DNA of 64,000 bases from Candidatus Limnocylindrales bacterium. GTDB taxonomy: Bacteria; Chloroflexota; Limnocylindria; Limnocylindrales; CSP1-4. Below the pieces are notes generated by a model, which was given only the letters and a program-made list of their open reading frames with translations, made no database searches and was not told the DNA's origin. Location: NCBI GenBank assembly GCA_038204565.1, contig JBBRCU010000013.1, positions 1,014 to 65,013 of the forward strand, read 5' to 3'. Below are positions 21,997 through 31,697 of the stretch, one piece after another. Every line of letters begins with the position of its first letter. Position 1 is the stretch's first letter. The translations under genes were made by a program, and so were the position numbers.

Positions 21997-23337
21997 TCAT
22001 CGCTGGAGGCCAGGCACCGGGAACCGCCCGCTGATCGCCGCCACGCGCGCCGCCAGCGACGCCTGGGCGGCGCCGTCGTCACGCTGCTCGATCGCGTCGG
22101 CGATGAGCGTCCCGATCTCGCTCATCTCGTCGACGCCCATCCCGCGCGAGGTCACGGCCGGCGTTCCGACCCGGATCCCCGATGACGTGTTCGGCGGCTG
22201 CTTGTCGAACGGGATCTGGTTCTTGTTGACGGTGATCCCGATCTCGTCGAGGAGGTGCTCGGCCTCCTTGCCGGTCACGCCGCCGGTCGTCACGTCAACG
22301 AGCATCAGGTGGTTGTCCGTCCCGCCGGACACGATCCGGAGGCCGCGCTCGGCGAGGACGCCGGCGACGATCGCCGCGTTCTCCACCGTCCGCCGCTGGT
22401 CTCGCCGGAACTCCTCCCCGAGGGCCAGCTGGAGGGCGACCGCCTTGCCGGCGATCACGTGCATCAGCGGACCGCCCTGGATGCCCGGGAAGACCGATCG
22501 GTCGATGGTCGCGGCGAGGGCGCCTGACGCGGATGGCGCGCCCTTGACGTTCGGAAAGGCGGTCGGGTCGACTTCCGGCGGCAGCTCGTGGCGACTGAAG
22601 ATCAGCCCGCCGCGCGGCCCGCGGAGCGTCTTGTGGGTGGTCGTCGTGACGATGTCGGCATGGGGGAACGGCGACGGATGGACGCCCGCCGCGACCAGCC
22701 CGGCGATGTGGGCCATGTCGACGAAGAGGAGGGCGCCGACACCGTGGGCGATCGCGGCCATCCGCTCGAAGTCGAAGATTCGCGGGTAGGCCGAGGCGCC
22801 GGCCACGATCACCTTCGGGCGGACCTCGGCCGCCTGTGCCTCGAGCGCGTCGTAGTCGATCCGTTCGGTGTCCGCGCAGACGCCGTAGGCGTGGACCTCG
22901 TACAGGCGGCCGCTGAAGTTCAACTTCATCCCGTGGGTGAGATGGCCGCCCTGGTCGAGCTTCATCCCGAGGATCCGATCGCCCGGATCGATCACGCTGA
23001 AGTAGGCGGCCAGGTTCGCCTGAGCGCCGGAGTGGGGCTGGACATTGACGTGCTCGGCACCGGGAAACAACTTCAGGGCGCGCTCACGGGCGAGGTTCTC
23101 GGCGATGTCGACGAACTCGCAGCCGCCGTAGTAGCGCTTGCCGGGCAGACCCTCGGCGTACTTGTTGGTGAGCCAGCTGCCCTGGGCCTCCATGACCGCG
23201 GCCGAGGTGTAGTTCTCCGAGGCGATCAGCTCGATCTTGTCGTGCTGGCGATGGCGCTCGCCCTCCATCGCCGCCCAGAGGTCGGGGTCGATCTCGGCGA
23301 TCGTGGCGCCGGCATGGACCTGCTCGGTGATCGCCAT
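21997..23337 (-). CDS. glyA: Serine hydroxymethyltransferase
   Basis: Starts [45 protein letters not shown] at ATG 23337. PLP site [14 protein letters not shown]. The 195-aa N-terminal extension in the ORF track is Arg/Pro-rich junk. Confidence 0.96.
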   Translation of the reverse strand: MAITEQVHAGATIAEIDPDLWAAMEGERHRQHDKIELIASENYTSAAVMEAQGSWLTNKYAEGLPGKRYYGGCEFVDIAENLARERALKLFPGAEHVNVQPHSGAQANLAAYFSVIDPGDRILGMKLDQGGHLTHGMKLNFSGRLYEVHAYGVCADTERIDYDALEAQAAEVRPKVIVAGASAYPRIFDFERMAAIAHGVGALLFVDMAHIAGLVAAGVHPSPFPHADIVTTTTHKTLRGPRGGLIFSRHELPPEVDPTAFPNVKGAPSASGALAATIDRSVFPGIQGGPLMHVIAGKAVALQLALGEEFRRDQRRTVENAAIVAGVLAERGLRIVSGGTDNHLMLVDVTTGGVTGKEAEHLLDEIGITVNKNQIPFDKQPPNTSSGIRVGTPAVTSRGMGVDEMSEIGTLIADAIEQRDDGAAQASLAARVAAISGRFPVPGLQR

Positions 23338-23507
23338 CCGTCGCGCCTCCTCGTGGGGACCTGTCCGGCCGGGGTGCCGCCCCGCCGCCGCAGCCCGCCG
23401 GGCGCGATCGTCCGGTGCGCGGGCGGGTCGTGGTCCGGATATCTTCCCACGCCGGGCGACGGCTCCGCCGGTCCATTCGCGGCGAGCGGGGTGCCCGCTC
23501 ATGGCCG

Positions 23508-24149
23508 TCAGGCGGAGCGATCGACGTGGCGGCCGAGGACTCGCTCCACCGCGGCGACCGGGACCGCCCCCGCGCGCAGGATCCGCGGCGGATCCACCGT
23601 GCAGTCGACGACGGTCGAGGCCGGGCCGCCGCGAGCCGGGCCGCCGTCGAGGACGAGGGCGACCGCGTCGCCGAGCTGCTCGACGATCCCGGCCGCGTCG
23701 CGGGCCTCCGCGACACCTGAGAAGTTGGCGGAGGTCGTCGGGATCGGGCCGACCGCGCGGGCGAGGGCGCGCGGGGCGTCGTGATCCGGGACCCGCAGGC
23801 CGATCGTCGGCGCGCCGCCGGTCAGGGCGGCCGGCAGGGCGACATCCGGCCGTTGCGGGACGATGACGGTCAGTCCGCCCGGCCAGAAGGCGTCGGCGAG
23901 GGCGGCCGCGGTCGCCGGCCACGCCCCGATCGTGGGCGCCTGGGCGACGTCGGCGAGGAGCAGCATGATCCCCTTGTCCGGGGGTCGCTGCTTCGCCGCG
24001 AAGAGGGCCTCGACGCCGCCGGGCGTGTCGAGCGCGACGGCGATCCCGTAGACCGTGTCGGTCGGCAGGGCGACGATCCCGCCGGCACGCAGGACCTCCG
24101 CCGCGGCGGCCCGGCCCGCCTCGTCATCGACCACGACCCGGGCCGTCAT
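23508..24149 (-). CDS. tsaC: L-threonylcarbamoyladenylate synthase (Sua5/YwlC/YrdC family)
   Basis: [18 protein letters not shown]...SANFSG motifs. ATGA overlap with the upstream HAD gene. Confidence 0.9.
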   Translation of the reverse strand: MTARVVVDDEAGRAAAAEVLRAGGIVALPTDTVYGIAVALDTPGGVEALFAAKQRPPDKGIMLLLADVAQAPTIGAWPATAAALADAFWPGGLTVIVPQRPDVALPAALTGGAPTIGLRVPDHDAPRALARAVGPIPTTSANFSGVAEARDAAGIVEQLGDAVALVLDGGPARGGPASTVVDCTVDPPRILRAGAVPVAAVERVLGRHVDRSA

Positions 24150-25093
24150 GCGGCGGTTCCCGCCCGTCCGGCGTCTGCAGCATGGGCGGCCGCGAGCGCG
24201 TCGGCGTTCCGCGCCGCGATCGCCGGGGCGACGAGGACGAGCTGCTCGATGAGCTGGGCCGCGCCCTCGTCGGCGAGCGCCGGGGCCACGTACCGGGCGG
24301 CCGCGCGAACGGCCTCGGGCGCGCTCGGCATCGCCGCACCGTGGCCGACACCGGCGATCATCTCGAGGTCGTTGAACTGGTCGCCCACGGCCAGCACACG
24401 GCCGAGGGGCACGCCCGCCCGCCGCGCCAGGTGGCGGACGCCGACGAGCTTCGAGACGCCCGGGGCGAGGAACTCGAGGAAGCGCGGGTGGCTGATCGTG
24501 ACCGCGGCGCGACCGGCGAACCGCGCCCGGCCGTCGGCGAGGACCGACTCCGGGATCGGCTCGGAGGCAGCTGCCACAGAAATCACTTTCGAGACCGGGA
24601 AGCGGAGCCAGCGGATCAGATCCGGCACGACCTCCGCGCGCGCGCCCAGGAACGTCGAATAGTCCTCGGCCCGCGGGTCGTCGGCCTGGATGATGAACCG
24701 CTCGAGGTGGTTGACGTGGGGCTCCAGCCCGACGCTCCTTGCCCAGGCGATGACCTCCCGCGCGGCATCGGCCGCGAGCGGGCGGTGGGCCAGGATGCGG
24801 CCGAGCCGCGGATCGCGATCGGGCGGCAACAGGGCCCGAACGAGGGCCCCCTGGTAGGCGACGATCGGGTCGACGAGGCCCAGGGTCCGGGCGTAGGGCA
24901 ATGCGCTCGTCGTCATCCGGCCGGTGACGATCGAGACGGCGATCCCCCGGTCGCGTGCCGCGCCGATCGCGGCCACTGTCCGCCGGCCCAGGACGAGGTC
25001 CTCGCCGATCAGAGTCCCGTCGAGATCGAGCGCGATCAGCCCGATCGGGAAGCCGGGCGTCGGACGGGCGCCGTCGCGCGTCACGGCCGTCAT
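24146..25093 (-). CDS. HAD-superfamily hydrolase, Cof-like (subfamily IIB)
   Basis: IALDLDGTLI (motif I), VSIVTGR, AVGDQFNDLEMI (motif IV). Confidence 0.8.
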   Translation of the reverse strand: MTAVTRDGARPTPGFPIGLIALDLDGTLIGEDLVLGRRTVAAIGAARDRGIAVSIVTGRMTTSALPYARTLGLVDPIVAYQGALVRALLPPDRDPRLGRILAHRPLAADAAREVIAWARSVGLEPHVNHLERFIIQADDPRAEDYSTFLGARAEVVPDLIRWLRFPVSKVISVAAASEPIPESVLADGRARFAGRAAVTISHPRFLEFLAPGVSKLVGVRHLARRAGVPLGRVLAVGDQFNDLEMIAGVGHGAAMPSAPEAVRAAARYVAPALADEGAAQLIEQLVLVAPAIAARNADALAAAHAADAGRAGTAA

Positions 25094-26019
25094 CCGCGCC
25101 CGACGCGAAGGAGCCGCGGCAGGCCGGCCAGGTCCGGCTCGACCACCGCCGTCCAGCCCGGCAGCACCGCAGCCACCGCGGCCGGGCCCGAAACGCCCTG
25201 ATCGGATCCGATCTCGAGGATCGCGACGCCGTCCTCGGTCAGCCGGTCGGGGAGCAGCCTGAGCAGGGCCCGGATGACGTCAAGGCCATCCGGACCGCCG
25301 TCGAGGGCCAACCGCGGCTCGAACGAGGCGGCGATCGGCAGATCCGCGATGGCGTCGGTCCGGACATAGGGGAGATTGGCGAGGATGATGTCGAGGGACG
25401 CTCCGTTGTCGGGCAGGACGGGCGGGAAGAATTCGGCCTCGATGAACCGCATCCCGTCCGCTGCCGCATGGCCGACGGCGTTCTCGCGGGCGAGGTCGAG
25501 CGCATCGGGCGAGACGTCGGTCGCCGCGATCGTCACGTTCCGGCCCATCGTCACCCGCCGCTTGCGGAGCTCGACCGCCAGGGAGACGGCGATCGCGCCG
25601 CTGCCGGTCCCGACGTCGGCGACGCGAACGGGATCACCGCCGCGGAGGTCGCCGCCACCGGCCTCGCCGGCTCGAAGGGCCAGGCGGGCCATGACCTCGG
25701 CGACCGCCGCGTCGACAAGGGCCTCGGTCTCGGGCCGCGGGATCAGCCCGCGCGGATCGACGACGAAGGCGAGACCGTGGAACTCCTTGATCCCGCGGAT
25801 GTAGGCGACCGGCTCGCCGGCCGCTCGACGCTCGACCCCGGCCTCGAACCGGGTGAGGGCGTCGGCCCCGACGGGCGCGTCGCGGTGGGCCACGATCGAC
25901 GTCCGGTCCGCCCCGATCGCCCAGCCGAGGAGGAGCTCGGCGTCCAGCCGGGCTGTCTCCGAGCCGGACGCCCGGAGGCGCGTCGTCGCGTCCGCGATGC
26001 TGTCGCCGATCGTGGCCAT
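25090..26019 (-). CDS. prmC: Peptide chain release factor N5-glutamine methyltransferase
   Basis: SAM motif VADVGTGSGAIA and the catalytic NPPY variant ILANLPYV. Sits in the prfA operon. The start at ATG 26019 is preceded by GAGGGAG. Confidence 0.9.
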   Translation of the reverse strand: MATIGDSIADATTRLRASGSETARLDAELLLGWAIGADRTSIVAHRDAPVGADALTRFEAGVERRAAGEPVAYIRGIKEFHGLAFVVDPRGLIPRPETEALVDAAVAEVMARLALRAGEAGGGDLRGGDPVRVADVGTGSGAIAVSLAVELRKRRVTMGRNVTIAATDVSPDALDLARENAVGHAAADGMRFIEAEFFPPVLPDNGASLDIILANLPYVRTDAIADLPIAASFEPRLALDGGPDGLDVIRALLRLLPDRLTEDGVAILEIGSDQGVSGPAAVAAVLPGWTAVVEPDLAGLPRLLRVGRG

Positions 26020-26127
26020 TCCCCGTCCGCTCCCTCGTGTCGTGTCGTGTCGCGCGTTGTCGCGTCGGTTGGGCATTCCCGCGGTCGACCGCAGTCGATC
26101 GCGGTCAGGGGCGCGTCTCGTCCCGGC

Positions 26128-28587
26128 TCAGAGCCGGATCGTCACCGACAGGTCGCCGACCTTCCGGAGGACCTCTGCGCTCGTCGTCCCGCGCCAGCGA
26201 TGGAAGAGCAGGTCGACCGACCCGTCGCCGATTCGGAGGTTCGTCAGGGTGATCTTGCCGATCCATTCCGGGAGGATCGGATGATGCAGCTCCAGCTCGC
26301 CGGCCGAGGCATGGGCGCGCAGCCCGAGCATCGTCTCGACGAAGAGAAAGGATGCGGCCGCGGCCCAGGCCTGCGGCGAGCAGGCGACCGGGTAGGGCAC
26401 CGGTTGAGCGACATCGCCACGGTCGAAGCCGCAGAAGAGTTCGGGCAGGCGGTACTCGTCGAATTGCTGGGCCGCCTCGAAGACCCGGCCGATGAGGCGG
26501 TTCGACTCGTCGTGGAAACCGTAGCGCTTGAGGCCGGCCGCGATCAGCGACGTGTCGTGGGGCCAGACCGAGCCCGTGTGATAGCCGATCGGGTTGTAGC
26601 CGGGCTGGCCCTCGGCGTAGGTCCGGATCCCCCAGCCGGAAAACATCGCCGGGCTCATCAGTCGGTCGACGACATCCCGGGCCCGGGCGGGCGAGACGAT
26701 CCCGGACCACAGGCACTGGCCCGCGTTCGACCCGATTGCGTCGAGGTGGCGCTTCCGGCCGTCGAGGGCCATCGCGTAGTAGCGCTGATCCTCGACCCAG
26801 AACCGCTCCTCGAACCGCTGCCGGAGAGCCTCGGCTTCGGCCAGGAGGCGGTTTGCCAGATCCGTCTCCCCGCGGACGGTGGCGAGGCCGGCCATCCGGC
26901 GCTTGGCGTCGAAGACGTAGCCCTGGACCTCGGCCAGGGCGACCGGCATCGTCGGTCCCCGCCCGTTGCGGTCGCGGATCGCGTCGCCCGAGTCCTTCCA
27001 GCCCTGGTTGAGGAGTCCGCGGGCTGATCGCCGCTCGTACTCGACCAGCCCGTCGCCGTCCTTGTCGCCGTAGTGGTCGATCCAGTCGAGGCAGGCGAGA
27101 GCGTTCGGCCAGAGGCGGTCGAGGAACGCCCGGTCGCCGGTCCAGTCGAACGTCGCCCCGAACACGATCAGCCAGAGCGGCGTCGAGTCGACCGAGCCGT
27201 AATACGGGGTGTGCGGCAGTTCGCCGGCGCCGGCCATCTCGCCGAGGCGGAGCTCGTGGAGGATCTTGCCGGGCTCGGCGTCGCGCCAATCGTCGACCTC
27301 GGTCGCCTGGTACGCGGCGAGGACGCCCAGCGTCTCGACCGCGATCTGGGGCCGGAATGCCAGGGCCTGGAAGGACGAGATCAGGGCGTCCCGGCCGAAC
27401 AGGGTGGTGAACCACGGGACGCCGGCGGCGACGTAGCGCTGGCCGGGGCCGGGGCCGTCGTTGATCAGGAGGCGGAGGTCCGCCAGGGACCGGCCGAGCG
27501 TCAGGTTGAACAGCTCGTGGTCGGTCTGGATCGCGGTCGTGCCGCGACTCCAGGCGTGATACGCGGCCGATCCGTCGTCGGCGCTGACCAGGGGTGGGTC
27601 AGGGAAGAGCGCGGCCGGGCTGGTCGGCTCGGCCCGCGTGACTTCGGTGGCGCGGATCGCCCGTTCGCTGGCCTGGGCTCGCTCATCGTCGGAGACGCGG
27701 CCCTCGGCGACCCTGGCGATCGTCGCCCAGATCGTCCAGCTCAGGTCTCGCTTTTCCCCGGATGAGAGGTGGAACTGCCATCGGTAGCGGACGGAGCCGC
27801 CCTGGACCAGCTGGTCCTCGAGCCGGTCGTCGATCGGCCCGAACTCCGCAGCGACATCCGAGAAGGCGATATGCGTCGAGCGGCGCATCCCGTCGAGGCC
27901 GTCGTAGCGGAACGTCGCGCGGTCCGGGCGGAGGGCGATCGGGAGGAGGGTGCCGCGCTCGGGCCGCGGATAGCCGCGAACCTCGAAGATGTCGGCTCCG
28001 TCGTAGCCCAGCTCGAGCTCGACCGCGAACTCGAGGTCGCGCTCGGCGTGGTTGACGATCCGGACCCGCTCCGACAGCCCGTCGTTGCCGATCAGGTGGT
28101 CGCGGGAGATCCCGATCGTCCGGCCGGCGACGTCGGCCTCCGGATGGACCTTGGCGTCCGGGTTGCGGTCGGCGCTCGGGTTGGTGAGCTGGACAGAGCC
28201 TCGGTAGTTCCCGCCCATGGAGCCCTGGAGGAGGACGGGCCGGACACCGCCGACGCGCAGAACGCAGCACGACAGAAGACGGGTGTCGGAGCGGTACAGG
28301 CCCAGTCCGCGCGAATCCGGGTGGATGTCGCCGAACGGATCGGTCAGGAGGAACAGGTTGCCGTGTTTCAGGACCTGGACACTGCCGAGGTCCGTTGCCT
28401 GCTGGATCGGGACGACGCGCGGGTCGACCAGTAGCCCGCCGCTCGCCACGGCGGAGGCGTCGGTTGCCGTCGTCGTGGTGGCGGCGGCGGTGGCGTCGGT
28501 GGTGGCCGTGCCGCCGGCCCGGTCGGCGCCGTCGGCGGTCGCGGTGGTTGCGGCGGCTGCGCCATTCCGATCAGGTTGTTCGGGCAT
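26128..28587 (-). CDS. Amylo-alpha-1,6-glucosidase / glycogen debranching enzyme-like protein (GDE_N + GDE_C)
   Basis: 819 aa. N-terminal domain (LKHGNLFLLTDPFGDIH...GLGLYRSDTRLLS) and C-terminal (alpha/alpha)6 GDE_C domain (VPWFTTLFGRDALIS, GKILHE, YGSVDSTPLW, GWKDSGDA) are typical of the bacterial/archaeal GDE family. The Thr/Ala-rich N-terminus overlaps the prfA stop by 17 nt. Confidence 0.8.
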   Translation of the reverse strand: MPEQPDRNGAAAATTATADGADRAGGTATTDATAAATTTTATDASAVASGGLLVDPRVVPIQQATDLGSVQVLKHGNLFLLTDPFGDIHPDSRGLGLYRSDTRLLSCCVLRVGGVRPVLLQGSMGGNYRGSVQLTNPSADRNPDAKVHPEADVAGRTIGISRDHLIGNDGLSERVRIVNHAERDLEFAVELELGYDGADIFEVRGYPRPERGTLLPIALRPDRATFRYDGLDGMRRSTHIAFSDVAAEFGPIDDRLEDQLVQGGSVRYRWQFHLSSGEKRDLSWTIWATIARVAEGRVSDDERAQASERAIRATEVTRAEPTSPAALFPDPPLVSADDGSAAYHAWSRGTTAIQTDHELFNLTLGRSLADLRLLINDGPGPGQRYVAAGVPWFTTLFGRDALISSFQALAFRPQIAVETLGVLAAYQATEVDDWRDAEPGKILHELRLGEMAGAGELPHTPYYGSVDSTPLWLIVFGATFDWTGDRAFLDRLWPNALACLDWIDHYGDKDGDGLVEYERRSARGLLNQGWKDSGDAIRDRNGRGPTMPVALAEVQGYVFDAKRRMAGLATVRGETDLANRLLAEAEALRQRFEERFWVEDQRYYAMALDGRKRHLDAIGSNAGQCLWSGIVSPARARDVVDRLMSPAMFSGWGIRTYAEGQPGYNPIGYHTGSVWPHDTSLIAAGLKRYGFHDESNRLIGRVFEAAQQFDEYRLPELFCGFDRGDVAQPVPYPVACSPQAWAAAASFLFVETMLGLRAHASAGELELHHPILPEWIGKITLTNLRIGDGSVDLLFHRWRGTTSAEVLRKVGDLSVTIRL

Positions 28588-29695
28588 CGTCGCCTCCGGT
28601 GATCTCGGCGAGGCGGTCGGCCTGGTCGGCCATGACGAGGGCGTCGATCAGGCGATCGATGTCGCCGTCCATCACCCGCGGCAGGGCGGACAGGTCCAGT
28701 CCGATCCGATGATCGGTCAGGCGATCCTGGGGGAAGTTGTAGGTCCGGATCTTCTCGGACCGGTCACCGCCGCCGACCATCGACCGGCGGGCGGCCGAAT
28801 CGGCCTCGCGCTGCTTCGCCTGCTGGCGGTCATACAGCCGGGAGCGAAGGACAGAGAGGGCCTTGGCCTTGTTCTTGTGCTGGCTCTTCTCGTCCTGGAT
28901 CTCGACGACGAGGCCGCTCTCGAAGTGGGTGATCCGGACCGCCGAGTCGGTCGTGTTCACCGACTGGCCGCCCGGGCCGGACGAGCGCTTGACGTCGATC
29001 CGGATGTCCCTCTCCTCGTCGATCTCGATCTCGACCTCGTCGACCTCGGGCAGGACGACGACGGTGACCGTCGAGGTGTGGATCCGGCCCGACGACTCCG
29101 TCGCGGGAATCCGCTGGACGCGGTGGACCCCGCCCTCGAACTTCAGGCGGCTGTACGCCCCGTCGCCGTGGATCTGGACGATCGCCTCCTTGATCCCGCC
29201 GATCCCGGTCTCGTTCATGCTCAGGAGCTCGGGCGTATAGCGGTGGCGCTCGGCGTAGCGGACGTACATGCGATAGAGCTCGGCGGCAAACAGGGCCGCC
29301 TCGTCACCGCCTGCGCCGGCCCGGATCTCGAGGATCACGTCGCGGTCGTCGTTCGGGTCGCGCGGCAGGAGGAGGACCTTCATCTCCTCGAGGAGGCGGT
29401 CCTCCGCGGCGGTCAGGCGGGCGATCTCGTCGGCGACCATCGCCTTCATCTCCGGGTCGGCATCGGCCCCGTCGCGCATCTCGCGGGCGCCGGCGAGCTC
29501 CGATCGCGTCGCCTCGAGGGCCTGGAACGCCTGGACGACCGGCTCGAGCCGGGCCATCTCGCGGCCGAGGGTCCGAAGCTGGTCGGGATCGCGGGAGACC
29601 TCGGGGGTGACGAGCTTCGCCTGGACGTCGTCGTACTGGCTGACGACCTCGCGCAGCCGGGCATCGAGGCCGGTCCGGTCCGCGTCGCCGCTCAT
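28571..29695 (-). CDS. prfA: Peptide chain release factor 1
   Basis: GGQ motif (SSGPGGQSVNTTDSAVRITH) and PxT-type RF1 architecture. Confidence 0.96.
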   Translation of the reverse strand: MSGDADRTGLDARLREVVSQYDDVQAKLVTPEVSRDPDQLRTLGREMARLEPVVQAFQALEATRSELAGAREMRDGADADPEMKAMVADEIARLTAAEDRLLEEMKVLLLPRDPNDDRDVILEIRAGAGGDEAALFAAELYRMYVRYAERHRYTPELLSMNETGIGGIKEAIVQIHGDGAYSRLKFEGGVHRVQRIPATESSGRIHTSTVTVVVLPEVDEVEIEIDEERDIRIDVKRSSGPGGQSVNTTDSAVRITHFESGLVVEIQDEKSQHKNKAKALSVLRSRLYDRQQAKQREADSAARRSMVGGGDRSEKIRTYNFPQDRLTDHRIGLDLSALPRVMDGDIDRLIDALVMADQADRLAEITGGDDARTT

Positions 29696-30696
29696 GCTCC
29701 CGGCAGGGGCGGGTCGATCGTGACGGTGGTCGGGCCAGGCTCGGGCGCGGGCTTCGGCAGGTCGAGGAGGTCCCGCGGGATCGTTCCGGACCCTAGGGGG
29801 AGCTCCTCACCGTCGGCCTTGAGCGCCTGCTCCATCGACACGATCGCGACTTCGATCATGTCGGTGGTCGGCTGCCGGGTGGTGATCATCTGGACGAGGA
29901 TCCCGGGATACATGATCGCCCGGACCAGGGCATTGCCGCGATGCTTCGCGCCCCACTTGAGGATCTCGTAGCCGACAGCGGCGATCACCGGAATCAGGGC
30001 GATCCGGCTGCCGACCATGACGACGGGCTCCTGCCGGCCGACGAGGCTGAACGCGACGATCGAGAGGGCGATCACGACGACGAGGAACTCGGTGCCGCAG
30101 CGCGGGTGGGCCGTCGGGTACTTGCGGACCGCGTCCACCACCAGCGGGTCGCCCGCCTCGAGGGCATGGATCGTCATGTGCTCGGCGCCGTGGTACTGGA
30201 AGACCCGCCGGACGTCCGGGGCGCGCGAGATCAGGAGGAGGTAGCCGAGGAAGATGCCGACCCGGATCAGGCCCTCGACGAGGTGCTGGAGCCAGCCGAG
30301 CTCGTTGGGGATCTTCGAGGTCGTCACGCTGGCGATCAGGAGCGGCAGCAGGAAGAAGATCCCGACGCCCGCCACGAGCGTCAGCCCGAGCATGAGCGCG
30401 ATCGAACCCTTGCCGAGCTCGACGCCCTCGTCGCCTTCGTCGCCGCTGCCGGCCGCCTGGACCGTCGCGCTCCGGACGAGCCAGCGGGTCCCGACGAACA
30501 GGGTCTCGTACAGGACGACGAGGCCGCGGATCAGCGGGACCTTCGCCCAGCGCGAACCGTGGAATCCCGCGTCGAGGCGCTCCGTTGCATAGACGATCCG
30601 GCCGTCGGGGTGGCGGAGGGCGACGGCAATCGCGTCGCGGCCGCGCATCAGGACGCCCTCGATCAGGGCCTGGCCGCCGTATGAGTAGCGTGGCAT
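29692..30696 (-). CDS. DUF1385 domain-containing membrane protein
   Basis: N-terminus YGGQALIEGVLMRG and YHGAEHM motif; polytopic. ATGA overlap with prfA. DUF1385 genes are commonly next to prfA/prmC in Firmicutes-like genomes. Confidence 0.8.
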   Translation of the reverse strand: MPRYSYGGQALIEGVLMRGRDAIAVALRHPDGRIVYATERLDAGFHGSRWAKVPLIRGLVVLYETLFVGTRWLVRSATVQAAGSGDEGDEGVELGKGSIALMLGLTLVAGVGIFFLLPLLIASVTTSKIPNELGWLQHLVEGLIRVGIFLGYLLLISRAPDVRRVFQYHGAEHMTIHALEAGDPLVVDAVRKYPTAHPRCGTEFLVVVIALSIVAFSLVGRQEPVVMVGSRIALIPVIAAVGYEILKWGAKHRGNALVRAIMYPGILVQMITTRQPTTDMIEVAIVSMEQALKADGEELPLGSGTIPRDLLDLPKPAPEPGPTTVTIDPPLPGA

Positions 30697-30705
30697 CCGG
30701 GAAGT

Positions 30706-31455
30706 CTACCGGGTGGCGGGGCTGGCGCCCCTCGCCGCGACGGCCAGCGCCTCCGCGGCCGCGATCCGGCGACGGGCCGCGGCGAGGTACGGCTCCTCGA
30801 GCTCGATGCCGATGAACCGTCGTCCGAGCTCCACGGCAGCGATGCCGCTGGAGCCCACCCCCATGAACGGGTCGAGGATGAGGTCGCCCGGGTTGGACCC
30901 CCATTCGACCAGCTGGCGGAGCACCCGGAGCGGCTTCTGGGTCGGGTGGACCGGGTCCTTGGTCCGCTCCTTCCCTGCGCAGATGGGGCTCTCGATGAAG
31001 TTGTGCATGTCGCGCTGCCGCCCGAAGTTCCAGGTGTGGCCCTTGTCCCAGCACGCGACGATCAGCTCGCACGAGTTGAGGAAGCCCGCCCGGCGGAGCT
31101 TCGGCGGCGGGTTCGTCTTGTGCCAGACGACGAACTGGAACGTGTCGAATACCGGATCGAAGACCTCGTGCCAGCGGCCGAGCATGTTGTAGCTCGTGAA
31201 GGCGAAGATCGTGCCGGTCGGCTTGAGGACGCGGCGGAACTCGGCCAGCCACTCCGCGGGGTCGAAGGCATGGTCCCAGGCGGCGACGTCGTTGTTGAAC
31301 GACTTGCGCCAGCTCATGTCGATGTTGCCGGTCGAATAGCCACCGAGGTTGTACGGCGGGTCGGTGCAGATGAGGTCGACCGACGCGTCGGCGACGCGCG
31401 CCAGCAGCTCGCGGCTGTCGCCATGCCAGAGGCTCGCGTCGATCCGGTCCACCAC
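30706..31455 (-). CDS. Site-specific DNA methyltransferase, beta-class N6A/N4C (DPPY) family, no adjacent endonuclease
   Basis: Motif IV (DLICTDPPYN) precedes motif I (ILDPFMGVGSSGIAA), which is beta-class order; also HPTQKP. 249 aa. Confidence 0.85.
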   Translation of the reverse strand: MVDRIDASLWHGDSRELLARVADASVDLICTDPPYNLGGYSTGNIDMSWRKSFNNDVAAWDHAFDPAEWLAEFRRVLKPTGTIFAFTSYNMLGRWHEVFDPVFDTFQFVVWHKTNPPPKLRRAGFLNSCELIVACWDKGHTWNFGRQRDMHNFIESPICAGKERTKDPVHPTQKPLRVLRQLVEWGSNPGDLILDPFMGVGSSGIAAVELGRRFIGIELEEPYLAAARRRIAAAEALAVAARGASPATR

Positions 31456-31467
31456 GCGACGAAGCGT

Positions 31468-31503
31468 AGCGGACGCGTCTCAGCGGACGCGTCTCAGCGG
31501 ACG
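31468..31503. repeat. 14-bp tandem repeat AGCGGACGCGTCTC x2 plus a partial third copy
   Basis: 31468-31481 and 31482-31495 are identical; 31496-31503 is a partial copy. The repeat spans the stop codon of the 67-codon ORF and the 38-bp gap before the methyltransferase start. Confidence 0.9.
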
Positions 31504-31697
31504 ACGAGGTCCTGGATCTGGAGCACCGCGGCGCGATCGAGGACGCTCACGTCGAACACGAGGTAGGCCTTGACCGGCTCCGGGCCGTCGAACGGGTCGC
31601 GATACACGCTGACGATCGGCGGCCGGCCGGGGGTTGTCGGGCGGATGTCGATCGACACTCCGCCCTCGATCCAGTACGTCTCGGGACTCGGATCCAC
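31494..31697 (-). CDS. Hypothetical small protein (67 aa)
   Basis: GTG start, very high GC3 (about 90% by manual count), non-junk composition (ETYWIEGGVSIDIRP...AYLVFDVSVLDRAAVLQIQDLVV). No family recognised and no clear RBS. Confidence 0.45.
   Translation of the reverse strand: MDPSPETYWIEGGVSIDIRPTTPGRPPIVSVYRDPFDGPEPVKAYLVFDVSVLDRAAVLQIQDLVVR

Noticed and set aside
23338-23507. ZTP (pfl) riboswitch upstream of glyA.
   Set aside because: Some superficial resemblance exists (GACCGGCG, a GUGG...CCAC hairpin). However, the highly conserved 3' CCGCCUGGGC element is absent from the leader. I kept it only as a generic structured-leader candidate.
21997-23922. N-terminal extensions suggested by the ORF track for glyA (641 aa), atpA (571 aa), rplU (269 aa), the XRE regulator (271 aa) and atpE (338 aa).
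   Set aside because: In each case a canonical N-terminus begins at an internal ATG. The upstream portion is compositionally aberrant and overlaps the neighbouring gene.
26037-26051. (GTGTC)3 pentanucleotide microsatellite in the prmC 5' UTR.
   Set aside because: Only three units, with no evident coding or regulatory consequence. It is mentioned within the GDE finding only.
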